A DNA stretch of 32,000 nucleotides from NCBI GenBank assembly GCA_016840515.1, contig JAEOSF010000001.1:50447-82446 (forward strand), in the 5' to 3' direction. Source of the DNA: Candidatus Borrarchaeum yapensis. GTDB lineage: Archaea; Asgardarchaeota; Sifarchaeia; Borrarchaeales; Borrarchaeaceae. Both the position numbers and the translations under genes were made by a program. Below are positions 18,261 to 26,877 of the stretch, one piece after another. The notes beneath the pieces were generated by a model. The model was not told the DNA's origin and ran no database searches. It was given only the letters and a program-made list of their open reading frames with translations. The first letter of the stretch is position 1. Each line of letters opens with the position of its first letter.

Positions 18261-19448
18261 TTAGCGATAACTGTCAACTACACCTGCTGAATAGGCAACA
18301 AGTCTTGGCAATTCTAAAACGCGAATGCGTTCTCTGTAAGCCCTCATTCCAATTGAATGATGACACGTAGGGCAAGTCGTGAGAATATATTGTACACCTA
18401 ACTTAGCTGCGTCTTTGACAATTTCATCACTTAGATCGTTTCTTAGTTCAGTGTATGGTACACGGATCGGTCCACCGCAACATCTCGCGTCTCCTTTTGT
18501 TTCTGGTAACTCAACGAACTCAATACCTGGAATACTTTCTATGATCTTCCGAGGAGGGTCGTATTTAAGTGCGTATCTCCCGAGATGGCATGGATCCTTG
18601 AAGGTAACCTTTCCCTCAAGGGGTTTCGTCATTTTTATTTTACCATCATCGATTAAACGTTCAAGCACTTCCGAAATATGATATGCTTTTGGAGTATCCG
18701 GAGAGATTGCTTTATACTCCTCATTGAAGACTGAAGCGCACATCGGACATGCTGTGATTATAGTCTCAATCCCTCGCGATTTAAAGAGTTCGATGTTTTT
18801 CTTAGCAGCTTTCTCAAAATATGGTTTGAATCCTAACCAACTAAGAAATCCTCCGCAACAACTCTCTGAATCGAACATCGTAAACTCTTCTCCAGCGGCT
18901 TTCAAGAGTTTAACTCCCGCACGTGAATTATCGGGATAATCAATAGTCCCTACACAACCAGCGTAATAGAGCGTTGAAGATTCCTTTGGTAAGGTTGCTT
19001 TTATTTCGCCAAAAACCTCGTTGAACACGACAGGATAATCCATTCCATGGGTATTTCCTTTCTCAAGAATGCTGTCAGCAATACCCCTATGCTCTGAAAG
19101 CGTATAATTGTTGTCGGCTAGATATTCACGCACGCGATCCATAACGTCTACCACTTTTATTTTTGCTGGACAGTGTTCCTCACACTTTTTGCACAATGTG
19201 CATGTGTAAAGAATTTCCATTGCATAATCATCAACGGGAAATCCTCCTTCAATGAGAGCTCGCTCTAGCATGATCCTTCCTCGACAGTTGTAACTTTCCA
19301 TCTGTGTAGCATCAAAAATCGGACATGCAAACCTACAAAATCCGCATCGTACGCATCTGTATGTTTCTGTTTCAGCATCAGCGTCAATCCTCATTTTCTT
19401 ATGTTTTGGTTTAAGCATTGTACCCGAAACTACATCTTCTTGTGTCAT
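18261..19448 (-). CDS. glcF: GlcF/HdrD-like Fe-S oxidoreductase (2x[4Fe-4S] plus two CCG domains)
   Basis: 395 aa. 'CVRCGFCRFACP', 'CTLCKKCEEHCP', 'YYAGC', 'SCCGG', 'ACPMC', 'DPCH', 'ARCCGG', 'TCPTC'. The start is 2 nt after the upstream gene's stop. Confidence 0.85.
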   Translation of the reverse strand: MTQEDVVSGTMLKPKHKKMRIDADAETETYRCVRCGFCRFACPIFDATQMESYNCRGRIMLERALIEGGFPVDDYAMEILYTCTLCKKCEEHCPAKIKVVDVMDRVREYLADNNYTLSEHRGIADSILEKGNTHGMDYPVVFNEVFGEIKATLPKESSTLYYAGCVGTIDYPDNSRAGVKLLKAAGEEFTMFDSESCCGGFLSWLGFKPYFEKAAKKNIELFKSRGIETIITACPMCASVFNEEYKAISPDTPKAYHISEVLERLIDDGKIKMTKPLEGKVTFKDPCHLGRYALKYDPPRKIIESIPGIEFVELPETKGDARCCGGPIRVPYTELRNDLSDEIVKDAAKLGVQYILTTCPTCHHSIGMRAYRERIRVLELPRLVAYSAGVVDSYR

Positions 19449-19450
19449 CT

Positions 19451-20869
19451 CTAGTCATCCTCCAAGATGTTAATTCTTTGGCCTGGAATTGGTAATACGT
19501 GACCAGGGCAGAAAATATTTTTAGGATCAAATGCATTCTTGATCTTTTTCTTTAATTCTAACACTTTAGGTTGGTGTTCAACGGGCATCATCATAAGTTT
19601 GGAAACACCAATTCCATGTTCCCCAGTGACCGTCCCTTCTAATTCAACTGCTGCATGCCACAAGTCAACTAATGTTTGTAGGGCGCGCCTATGTTCATCA
19701 GGATCTCGTTCATCCCACAAAAGTATAGGATGAAGATTTCCATCTCCTGCGTGACCGAATGTGGCAATTTCGATCCCATTCTTTTCGCTTACTCTATCAA
19801 TCTCTTGGAACATCGTCGGTAGGTTTTTTAGAGGTACTGATACGTCTTCCATTCGTGCAGTTGGCCGTCGAAGTGTTAGTGCTGGAAATGCAGCCTTTCT
19901 AGCTGCCCAGACTTGTGTACATGTTTCCAGATCTCGTGCTGTTTCGGATTTGATTGCTCCCATCTCTTTGAACAAATCTTCCAGTTTATCTAGCCGCATC
20001 TCAACGTCATCTCTATTCCCATCTAATTCCACAAGGACAACAGCTCCGCATTCGGGGAATTTTAAGGTTCCTGAATATTCTTCTACTGCCTTAAGTGTCT
20101 TGTAATCAAGAATTTCTGTTCCTGAGGGGTCAAATCCTCTTTTAATGATTTCTCTGACGCACTTTCCTGCTTCAAAAGCGGAATTGAAATAGCCACTAGC
20201 CACGAGACGGACTGCTGGCAAAGGTTGAATTTTGAGCATTGCCTTGGTAATAATACCCAGAGTCCCTTCTGATCCTACAAAAAGTGAAACAAGATCGTAG
20301 CCACAAACAAATTTAATTGCTTTATTGCCGATATTAACGACACTCCCATCTGATAGGACGATTTCCAAGCCCATAACCCACTCTTCGGTGACTCCATATT
20401 TAAGTGCACGAATTCCGCCGCTATTATTATTTACCATACCGCCAATTGTAGCTGTTTTGTCCGATGCTGGATCCGGCGGAAAGTAAAATCCATAGGGCTC
20501 TAAGTAGGTATTGAGGTCTAGACACACCATACCAGGCTCAACGGTTATTAGAAAGTTCTCAACATCGAGATCTACAACCTTGTTCATCCTTGCGACCACC
20601 AAAATCAAACAATCAGGCTTTGCAGGGATGACACCCCCGCTAACGTTGCTTCCAGCCCCTCTTGGAATAATTGAGAATCCTTCTTCATTAGCTAGCTTCA
20701 CGATATCTGCGACCTCTTCTGTGGTATTAGCAAAGGCCACGGCTGCTGGCATACCTGTATCAATGCTAGCATCGCGTGAGTAAATATACAGATCGATTGC
20801 ATGATTTAAAACATTGTTTTCTCCAACTATTTTTTTCAGGGCGGGAATGATTGTGCCCTGCCAATCCAA
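19451..20869 (-). CDS. glcD: FAD-linked 2-hydroxyacid oxidase/dehydrogenase (GlcD / D-lactate dehydrogenase family)
   Basis: 472 aa. FAD_binding_4-type N-terminal half ('IIPRGAGSNVSGG', 'TVEPGMV...L') and C-terminal 'FGHAGDGNLHP', 'GTVTGEHGIG', 'DPKNIFCPG'. Confidence 0.88.
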   Translation of the reverse strand: MDWQGTIIPALKKIVGENNVLNHAIDLYIYSRDASIDTGMPAAVAFANTTEEVADIVKLANEEGFSIIPRGAGSNVSGGVIPAKPDCLILVVARMNKVVDLDVENFLITVEPGMVCLDLNTYLEPYGFYFPPDPASDKTATIGGMVNNNSGGIRALKYGVTEEWVMGLEIVLSDGSVVNIGNKAIKFVCGYDLVSLFVGSEGTLGIITKAMLKIQPLPAVRLVASGYFNSAFEAGKCVREIIKRGFDPSGTEILDYKTLKAVEEYSGTLKFPECGAVVLVELDGNRDDVEMRLDKLEDLFKEMGAIKSETARDLETCTQVWAARKAAFPALTLRRPTARMEDVSVPLKNLPTMFQEIDRVSEKNGIEIATFGHAGDGNLHPILLWDERDPDEHRRALQTLVDLWHAAVELEGTVTGEHGIGVSKLMMMPVEHQPKVLELKKKIKNAFDPKNIFCPGHVLPIPGQRINILEDD

Positions 20870-21118
20870 CGTATGTTTTTCTAAATCCGAAAGAGAAATT
20901 TTAAAGCCTCCTTTTCTTAATGATCCCTCTATCTAATTTGGTGTTAACTTTCTGTTTTTATTCTCTTCAAATTAATACAGAGTATTAATCACTGAAAGTT
21001 ATAAATGTTCAATATAACAAAATCTGACTATTTATTGTAGTACGCGCGCAAAAGAGTATAAACAATTTATAAATTGTAAGTGATATAAAACTCCTTTACA
21101 AACTTGTGAGGGTTAGTT

Positions 21119-22108
21119 TTGAGTGGAAAACCTAAAGTTTTTGTTTCTCGTATAATCCCAAAGCCAGCTTTAGATATGATCAATGTGGAGTGTAAGATGG
21201 AATTTAATGAAAGTGATATCCCTCTTACACAGGCTGAGTTTATTGAAAAAATGAAAACACTTGACGGGCTTGTTTGCCTACTTACTGACGACATTAATGC
21301 CGAAATCCTAAAATCCGTTAAAGAAGCAAACCCTAATTTTAAAGTAGTCAGCAATGTAGCAGTAGGTTACAACAACATCGACTGGAAGGCAGCCACAGAA
21401 TTAGGTATCGCAGTATCCAATACCCCAGGAGTTCTAGATGACACAACTGCAGATTTTACCTGGGCACTTCTCATGGCAGTTGCTCGACGCGTTGTCGAGG
21501 CAGATAAGTATTTCCGCCAAAAAACGTGGAAAGGATGGGGTATAATGCAGTTTCTTGGTTCTGATGTCTACGGGAAAACACTGGGAGTCGTTGGACTAGG
21601 AAGAATTGGACGAGTGGTAGCTAAAAGGGCTAAGAGTTTTGACATGAAAGTTCTTTATACAGATGTTGTCCGGTTCGAGGATCTGGAAAAAGAATTAGGA
21701 CTCCAATATGTGGATAAAGAGACAATTCTTAAAGAATCAGACTATGTAACTTTGCATGTTCCCTTGATTCCAGAAACTAAACACTATATTGGTGTAAAAG
21801 AACTAGAAATGATGAAAGAAACCGCGTATTTGATTAATGCATCACGAGGTCCCGTTGTAGATGAAAAAGCGCTCGTTAAAGCATTACAGGAGAAAAAGAT
21901 TGCTGGTGCTGGTTTGGATGTCTTTGAAATGGAGCCTAAAGCTGAACCAGAACTTTATGAAATGGATAACGTTGTGTTAGCACCACATATCGCAAGTGCA
22001 TCAATAGAGACTCGTACTAAAATGGCGACCATGGCTGCTGAAAATGTCATTGCTGGCGTTAAGGGACTCAAACCACCAAATTGTGTTAATCCAGAAATTT
22101 ATGGATAA
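21119..22108 (+). CDS. gyaR: glyoxylate/hydroxypyruvate reductase (D-isomer-specific 2-hydroxyacid dehydrogenase)
   Basis: 329 aa. 'KPKVFVSRIIP' N-terminus as in archaeal GyaR, 'GKTLGVVGLGRIGRVVAKRA' NAD motif, 'LINASRGPVVDEKAL', 'AGAGLDVFEMEP', 'PHIASAS'. TTG start. Confidence 0.85.
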   Translation: MSGKPKVFVSRIIPKPALDMINVECKMEFNESDIPLTQAEFIEKMKTLDGLVCLLTDDINAEILKSVKEANPNFKVVSNVAVGYNNIDWKAATELGIAVSNTPGVLDDTTADFTWALLMAVARRVVEADKYFRQKTWKGWGIMQFLGSDVYGKTLGVVGLGRIGRVVAKRAKSFDMKVLYTDVVRFEDLEKELGLQYVDKETILKESDYVTLHVPLIPETKHYIGVKELEMMKETAYLINASRGPVVDEKALVKALQEKKIAGAGLDVFEMEPKAEPELYEMDNVVLAPHIASASIETRTKMATMAAENVIAGVKGLKPPNCVNPEIYG

Positions 22109-22144
22109 CCCTCTAAAAAAATAAACAAAATAGGAGAGAAGATT

Positions 22145-23857
22145 ATGCCTAAAATGCAAGTAGCGGAAGTTATAGTAAAAATTCTTGAAGATGAAGGAGT
22201 AACAGCAATGTTTGGTATACCGGGCGCAGCAATAAATCCCGTCTACAAATACCTTGGGCAAACAACAAAAATTAAGCACTATATTGCTCGACATGAAGAA
22301 GGAGCATGCCATGCAGCTGACGGATATGCACGAGCAACTGGAAAAGTTGGCGTCTGTATCTGTACAAGCGGACCTGCAGCGACAAATTTTGTAACAGGTC
22401 TCTATACTGCTCAAGTTGACTCTATCCCAATTGTCGCAATTACTGGGACAGCAACGAGAGCAGTATTGGGTCAAGAGGCGTTTCAAGCGGTTGACATAGC
22501 AGAAATAGTTAAACCAGTGACTAAGAAAAGTTATTGTGTTAGGGAGCCTTATCGCCTCCCAGGTACTATGAGGGAAGCTTTTCGAATCGCTAGAGAAGGA
22601 AGACCCGGACCAGTGCTTATTGATCTCCCCGTTGACCTCCAGAGAACAGAAATTGAATATGATCCAGAAACAGATCGTAGTTTAGACTTTTCGACACCCA
22701 AAGCAAATGAAAAACAAATCAAGAAAGCAATTGATATGATCTTGGAAGCTAAGAATCCAATCATCTTAGCCGGAGGAGGAGTCATTATTTCGGGCGCTTC
22801 CAAAGAACTCCAAGAATTAGCAGAATATTTAAGTTTACCCATCTGTGCTAGTTACATGGGAAAGAGTGCTCTTGACACTAATCATCCATTATACGCGGGA
22901 CTAGTCGGTACCATCATGCAAACAAGACTTGGCAACAAATTATTCTTAGAGAGCGATCTTGTTCTAGCGGTTGGTGCCAGATTTGTTGACCGTCATACGG
23001 GTAAACTAGATGTTTACACGAAAGACAGAAAATTCATCCACATTGACATTGATCCTCTACAAATTGGCAAGATCGTCCCCACAGAGTTAGGAATTGTATC
23101 AGATGCCAAAGTAGCACTACAAATGATGATCGATCAAGCCAAAGCTCGAAATGCAAAAGTAATGCCAAATGAATGGGTATCGTCTATACCTGCCCGACGT
23201 AAAGAGCTTGCGAGAAGATTAGACTTTGATAATGTGCCAATCAAACCTCAAAGACTTTTCAAAGAAATAAATGAATTCTTTGATGATGACACAATTTTTG
23301 TGACGTCAGTCGGACTTAATCAGATTTGGAGCGGTCAATATCAAGAAATAAAGAAACCAGGACATTACAAGGTCTGTGGATGCGCGGGAACGTTGGGTTG
23401 GGATTTACCAGCTTCGATTGGGGCTAAAGTCGGATACGAGGAAATGGGAATGCCTGAAAAGAAGGTCGTAGGCATCACAGGAGATGGCGGATTAGGATTC
23501 ATGGTAGAAGAATTAGCGATGGCGGCCCACTATCAAACTCCAATAGTTATGCTGGTGCTTAACAATGGCTTCTTGAGCTTGATTAGACAAAACCAGAGCA
23601 TCGTTTATGACTATGAATATGCGGTAGATCTTACATACGATACAAATAAGCTTGAAAAACATGGAATAGGAATAGATTTCGTTAAGCTTGCAGAAGCTTT
23701 TGGACTATACGCTGAACGAGTCGAAAAACCTGAAGATCTAAAGGCTGCTTTCCAGAGAGGCCTAGATAACGCCCCAGCGGTATTAGATATTATATGTGAA
23801 CGTGAAACTAATTGTAGTATGGGGTTAGCTCTGGACGCTATAGCTGAAAGAGGATAA
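22145..23857 (+). CDS. gcl: glyoxylate carboligase (tartronate-semialdehyde synthase), ThDP enzyme
   Basis: 570 aa. The N-terminus 'MPKMQVAEVIVKILEDEGVTAMFGIPGAAINPVY' matches the Gcl-specific 'GVPGAAINPFY' rather than the acetolactate synthase form. Also 'GRPGPVLIDLPVD' and the ThDP motif 'GDGGLGFM...LNNG'. SD 'taggagag' lies upstream. Confidence 0.8.
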   Translation: MPKMQVAEVIVKILEDEGVTAMFGIPGAAINPVYKYLGQTTKIKHYIARHEEGACHAADGYARATGKVGVCICTSGPAATNFVTGLYTAQVDSIPIVAITGTATRAVLGQEAFQAVDIAEIVKPVTKKSYCVREPYRLPGTMREAFRIAREGRPGPVLIDLPVDLQRTEIEYDPETDRSLDFSTPKANEKQIKKAIDMILEAKNPIILAGGGVIISGASKELQELAEYLSLPICASYMGKSALDTNHPLYAGLVGTIMQTRLGNKLFLESDLVLAVGARFVDRHTGKLDVYTKDRKFIHIDIDPLQIGKIVPTELGIVSDAKVALQMMIDQAKARNAKVMPNEWVSSIPARRKELARRLDFDNVPIKPQRLFKEINEFFDDDTIFVTSVGLNQIWSGQYQEIKKPGHYKVCGCAGTLGWDLPASIGAKVGYEEMGMPEKKVVGITGDGGLGFMVEELAMAAHYQTPIVMLVLNNGFLSLIRQNQSIVYDYEYAVDLTYDTNKLEKHGIGIDFVKLAEAFGLYAERVEKPEDLKAAFQRGLDNAPAVLDIICERETNCSMGLALDAIAERG

Positions 23858-23887
23858 GTTAGAAAACCAATAAAAGGCGGTGAAAAA

Positions 23888-24802
23888 ATGAAGAAACACT
23901 GGGATCTTTATATGAAAATCGGTATAGTACATGGAATGGTGTTTCCAGAATGCCTTGCGGGAGAAGGTCCAATACTCGAAACGCTTACTAAGATAGCAGA
24001 AGATGGATTCTTCTCAGCAATTGACTATGGTGGATGCAAAGATCCAGCAATCAAAGGTGATGTAGCAGCACTCTTAAAAGCATCTCGCTTAACCGTCAAC
24101 TTCTCAGCACAACCAGCTCTATTGCTCCCGAAACTTAATTTGAACGCATTAGACGAAGAATTACGAAATCGATCTATACAGGCAATAAAATCATGTATTG
24201 ACGAAGCCTACGAAGTTGGTGCAGAATATTTAACCGTTCTAAGTGGTCCTTATCCAGGTGATGCAGATAGTGAAAAGGGAATGACATTGTTAATCGATTC
24301 CTTAAATCAACTTTGTGAATACGCGAAAAGTAAAGGAAATCTCGCATTAGCTTTAGAGGTCTTTGACCGTGAGATTGATAAAAAATCTTTGATAGGGCCA
24401 TCTGAATCAGCAGTAGAGGTTGCTAAGGCAGTACGTGAGGCAGGATATCCTACTTTTGGCTTAATGCATGATTTAAGTCATCTTCCATTGCTAAATGAAA
24501 CACCTGCCCATGCGTTGTCGACTACGAAGAAGTATTTAACACTTGTGCACTTGGGGAATTGCGTCAAAGACCCAAACAATCCTTTATATGGAGATCAACA
24601 TCCGATCTTCGGTATAGAAGGAGGAGAAAATGACGCAAAAGAGTTGGCAGAATACCTGAATGCTCTTTTTGAAATTGATTACTTAGAAAAAGGTAAACGC
24701 CCATTTGTTAGTTTCGAAGTAAAACCTCATAAAGGTATTACATCAGAGATGGCCATAGCAAATGTAAAACGTACATTAAAAGAGGCTTGGACACAAGTTT
24801 AA
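23888..24802 (+). CDS. xylose-isomerase-like TIM-barrel protein (hydroxypyruvate isomerase-like / sugar-phosphate isomerase-epimerase)
   Basis: 304 aa. It occupies the position taken by hyi after gcl in bacteria. 'LALEVFDRE' and 'GLMHDLSH...LVHLGN' resemble metal-ligand strands of the AP_endonuc_2 fold. The specific activity cannot be assigned. Confidence 0.6.
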   Translation: MKKHWDLYMKIGIVHGMVFPECLAGEGPILETLTKIAEDGFFSAIDYGGCKDPAIKGDVAALLKASRLTVNFSAQPALLLPKLNLNALDEELRNRSIQAIKSCIDEAYEVGAEYLTVLSGPYPGDADSEKGMTLLIDSLNQLCEYAKSKGNLALALEVFDREIDKKSLIGPSESAVEVAKAVREAGYPTFGLMHDLSHLPLLNETPAHALSTTKKYLTLVHLGNCVKDPNNPLYGDQHPIFGIEGGENDAKELAEYLNALFEIDYLEKGKRPFVSFEVKPHKGITSEMAIANVKRTLKEAWTQV

Positions 24803-25022
24803 GCCTTCTAATCTCCTTTTTATTTTTTGTCGCGAAAAAACTGTTTTTTCAAAAGATGAACGTGCGCTAAAAAAGCAAAGATATACTAAGGTATTGAAAT
24901 CTTCTTGAATTTGAAAAAACTGCGTTTGAGGGAAAATCTTTATATACAGTATAAGTATAAAGCACACAATATAAATTTCAATTGGTTTTAGGTGAGGTTG
25001 GGATGCTGTACCAAGGAGTTTA

Positions 25023-25070
25023 GGGACAAAGTTTGTCCCACGGATGTTCAGAACGGGAGAAACTTGTCCC
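25023..25070. promoter_or_regulatory. two related palindromes, GGGACAAAgTTTGTCCC (25023-25039) and GGGAGAAACTTGTCCC (25055-25070)
   Basis: The first is a perfect 8+1+8 palindrome. The second is an imperfect copy whose centre is ~31 bp downstream. A T6 run follows at 25084-25089. They lie in the 498-bp spacer upstream of the aminotransferase gene. Confidence 0.45.
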
Positions 25071-25300
25071 GTAGGTTTAGAGAGTTTTTTGAATACCAAA
25101 ACGATTAGCCGAGTATCGGCGAAATATGAAAACAACCTCAAGGAAATGAGTAAAGCAAGTGTACACCATAAACTTTGGAACCTTGTTTCACTACTTTTGC
25201 TAGACAACATACATGAGACCATTGTATCAGCATCAACGACAAAAGCTCAGCTTAATCTAGCTGACTTTCCCTATCAAAAGAACAATAGAGGTGAACAAAA

Positions 25301-26392
25301 TTGGCAAAACTTTTAATGATCCCTGGACCGATTAATTTTGATCCAGAAGTGATACGGGCTCTAAGTAAAGTAACTGTGAGTCACGTAGCACCAGAATTTA
25401 TCTCTATCTTTGGAGATACTCTAAGAAAACTAAGAGAGGTCTTCATTTCTGAAGGACAACCCTTTGTTATTGCGGGATCTGGGACGCTAGCTATGGAGAT
25501 GGCAGCAACCAATGTGATTCAAAGAGGAGAAAAAGCATTAGTAGTAAATAATGGGGTGTTCGGCGCGCGATACAGTGATATTTTCAAAGCACACGGAATC
25601 GCTGTTGACGAAATTCAAGTAGAATGGGGAAAGGCAGCAGATCCTACAGAGGTGCGTGAAAAACTTGAAAGTGACGACTATAAAGTCCTTACAGTGACAC
25701 ATGTTGATACATCGACTGGTATTGCGAACGACATCGAAGCCATTGGTAATGTTGTCAAAGATTTTGATACGATATTTATTGTAGACGCAGTATGTTCTCT
25801 TGCAGGACAACGATTGTATCAAGACAAACATCATGTAGATATATGCTTCACAGGTTCACAGAAGGCATTGGGCGTTCCTCCAGGGCTTGCAATACTGAAT
25901 TTCAACCAGAAGGCCTTAGACGCACACGCTAAACTTAAACATCCCGTTGAGTGTTTCTATACGTCCATTGACAACTGGTTGCCCATTATGCAAGCATATG
26001 AGCGCGGTGATCCAAGCTATTTCGGTACACCTGCAGTAAATTTAATCTATGCACTCCATGAAAGTGTAAAGCAAATAGTTAGCGAAGGAATGGAGGCACG
26101 GTTTGCGCGGCACGAAAAATTAGCAGAAATGATGCGCAAAGGTCTTACAGAGATGGACTTTAAACTCGTTCCTGAGGATGGATGGGCTGCAAATACAATG
26201 AGCGCAGTCTATCATAATGGCATTGCAGATGCGGACTTTAGAGGGCAATTATCACAAGAGGGCGTTATCGTGGCAGGCGGTTTGGGCAAACTGAAAGGTA
26301 AAATCTTTCGAATTGGCCATATGGGCTCTATTAATGCAAACGATGTCTCAGCAACACTAAACGCAATTCAACGAACTCTAAAAATGTTTTAA
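25301..26392 (+). CDS. class-V aminotransferase (serine/alanine-glyoxylate aminotransferase family)
   Basis: 363 aa. 'LLMIPGPINFDPEV', 'GSGTLAMEMA', 'VDAVCSLAG', 'FTGSQKALGVPPGL' (PLP-Lys). TTG start with GAGGTGA 6 nt upstream; an alternative ATG is at 25316. Confidence 0.85.
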   Translation: MAKLLMIPGPINFDPEVIRALSKVTVSHVAPEFISIFGDTLRKLREVFISEGQPFVIAGSGTLAMEMAATNVIQRGEKALVVNNGVFGARYSDIFKAHGIAVDEIQVEWGKAADPTEVREKLESDDYKVLTVTHVDTSTGIANDIEAIGNVVKDFDTIFIVDAVCSLAGQRLYQDKHHVDICFTGSQKALGVPPGLAILNFNQKALDAHAKLKHPVECFYTSIDNWLPIMQAYERGDPSYFGTPAVNLIYALHESVKQIVSEGMEARFARHEKLAEMMRKGLTEMDFKLVPEDGWAANTMSAVYHNGIADADFRGQLSQEGVIVAGGLGKLKGKIFRIGHMGSINANDVSATLNAIQRTLKMF

Positions 26393-26517
26393 AAAACAAT
26401 TTCTACCTTTTCAATCCTTTTTCTTTATTTTTTCGCAGTCCCTAATTTTTGAGTTAATATTATTGTGACTGACATGGATAAATCTTCGACCTTGAATCAC
26501 GATCGTGAGAACCAAAA

Positions 26518-26874
26518 TTAACTTTGCAGATCTTCACTGGTCAAAGTTGGTTGTTCGAGGGCTGATCGAAGCGATCGAATTGTTCCTGAAGTTTTAAGCA
26601 AACGTATAATGGTGGGTCTATTATCAATACTTGAAACGATTGCCATAGCGGTTTGTACCTTGTCTAAACTTTTTGAAGTGCATCTTAGAATACCATGGCA
26701 AGTCTCAGCGTCAAATTCAATGAGCCAAATACCGCTTTGGCTAGCTTCAACCTCACCGTAAAGTGACAAAATCGATCGTGAAATAGAATTAAAAACAGAA
26801 ATCACCTCTAATGGAGTTTCATCTTCGATTATTATTTCAAAGGCGATATATCTGCTTTTTTCTTCTTTAACCAT
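26518..26874 (-). CDS. rnp2: RNase P protein component 2 (Pop5 homologue)
   Basis: 118 aa. 'RYIAFEII...' N-terminus and the size are typical of archaeal Pop5. It lies immediately downstream of the Rpp30 homologue (3-nt gap). Confidence 0.7.
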   Translation of the reverse strand: MVKEEKSRYIAFEIIIEDETPLEVISVFNSISRSILSLYGEVEASQSGIWLIEFDAETCHGILRCTSKSLDKVQTAMAIVSSIDNRPTIIRLLKTSGTIRSLRSALEQPTLTSEDLQS

Positions 26875-26877
26875 TAC

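Noticed and set aside
21067-22486. Minus-strand ORFs 21067-21354 and 22001-22486
   Set aside because: They are antisense to or overlap the gyaR and gcl genes. The Cys/Ser-rich junk translations are shadow ORFs.
24776-25316. 148-aa minus-strand and 90-aa plus-strand ORFs in the hyi-like/aminotransferase spacer
   Set aside because: They overlap each other and have low-complexity, hydrophobic or Ser-rich composition. They have no RBS and no motifs. The region is better explained by the palindromes and promoter elements.
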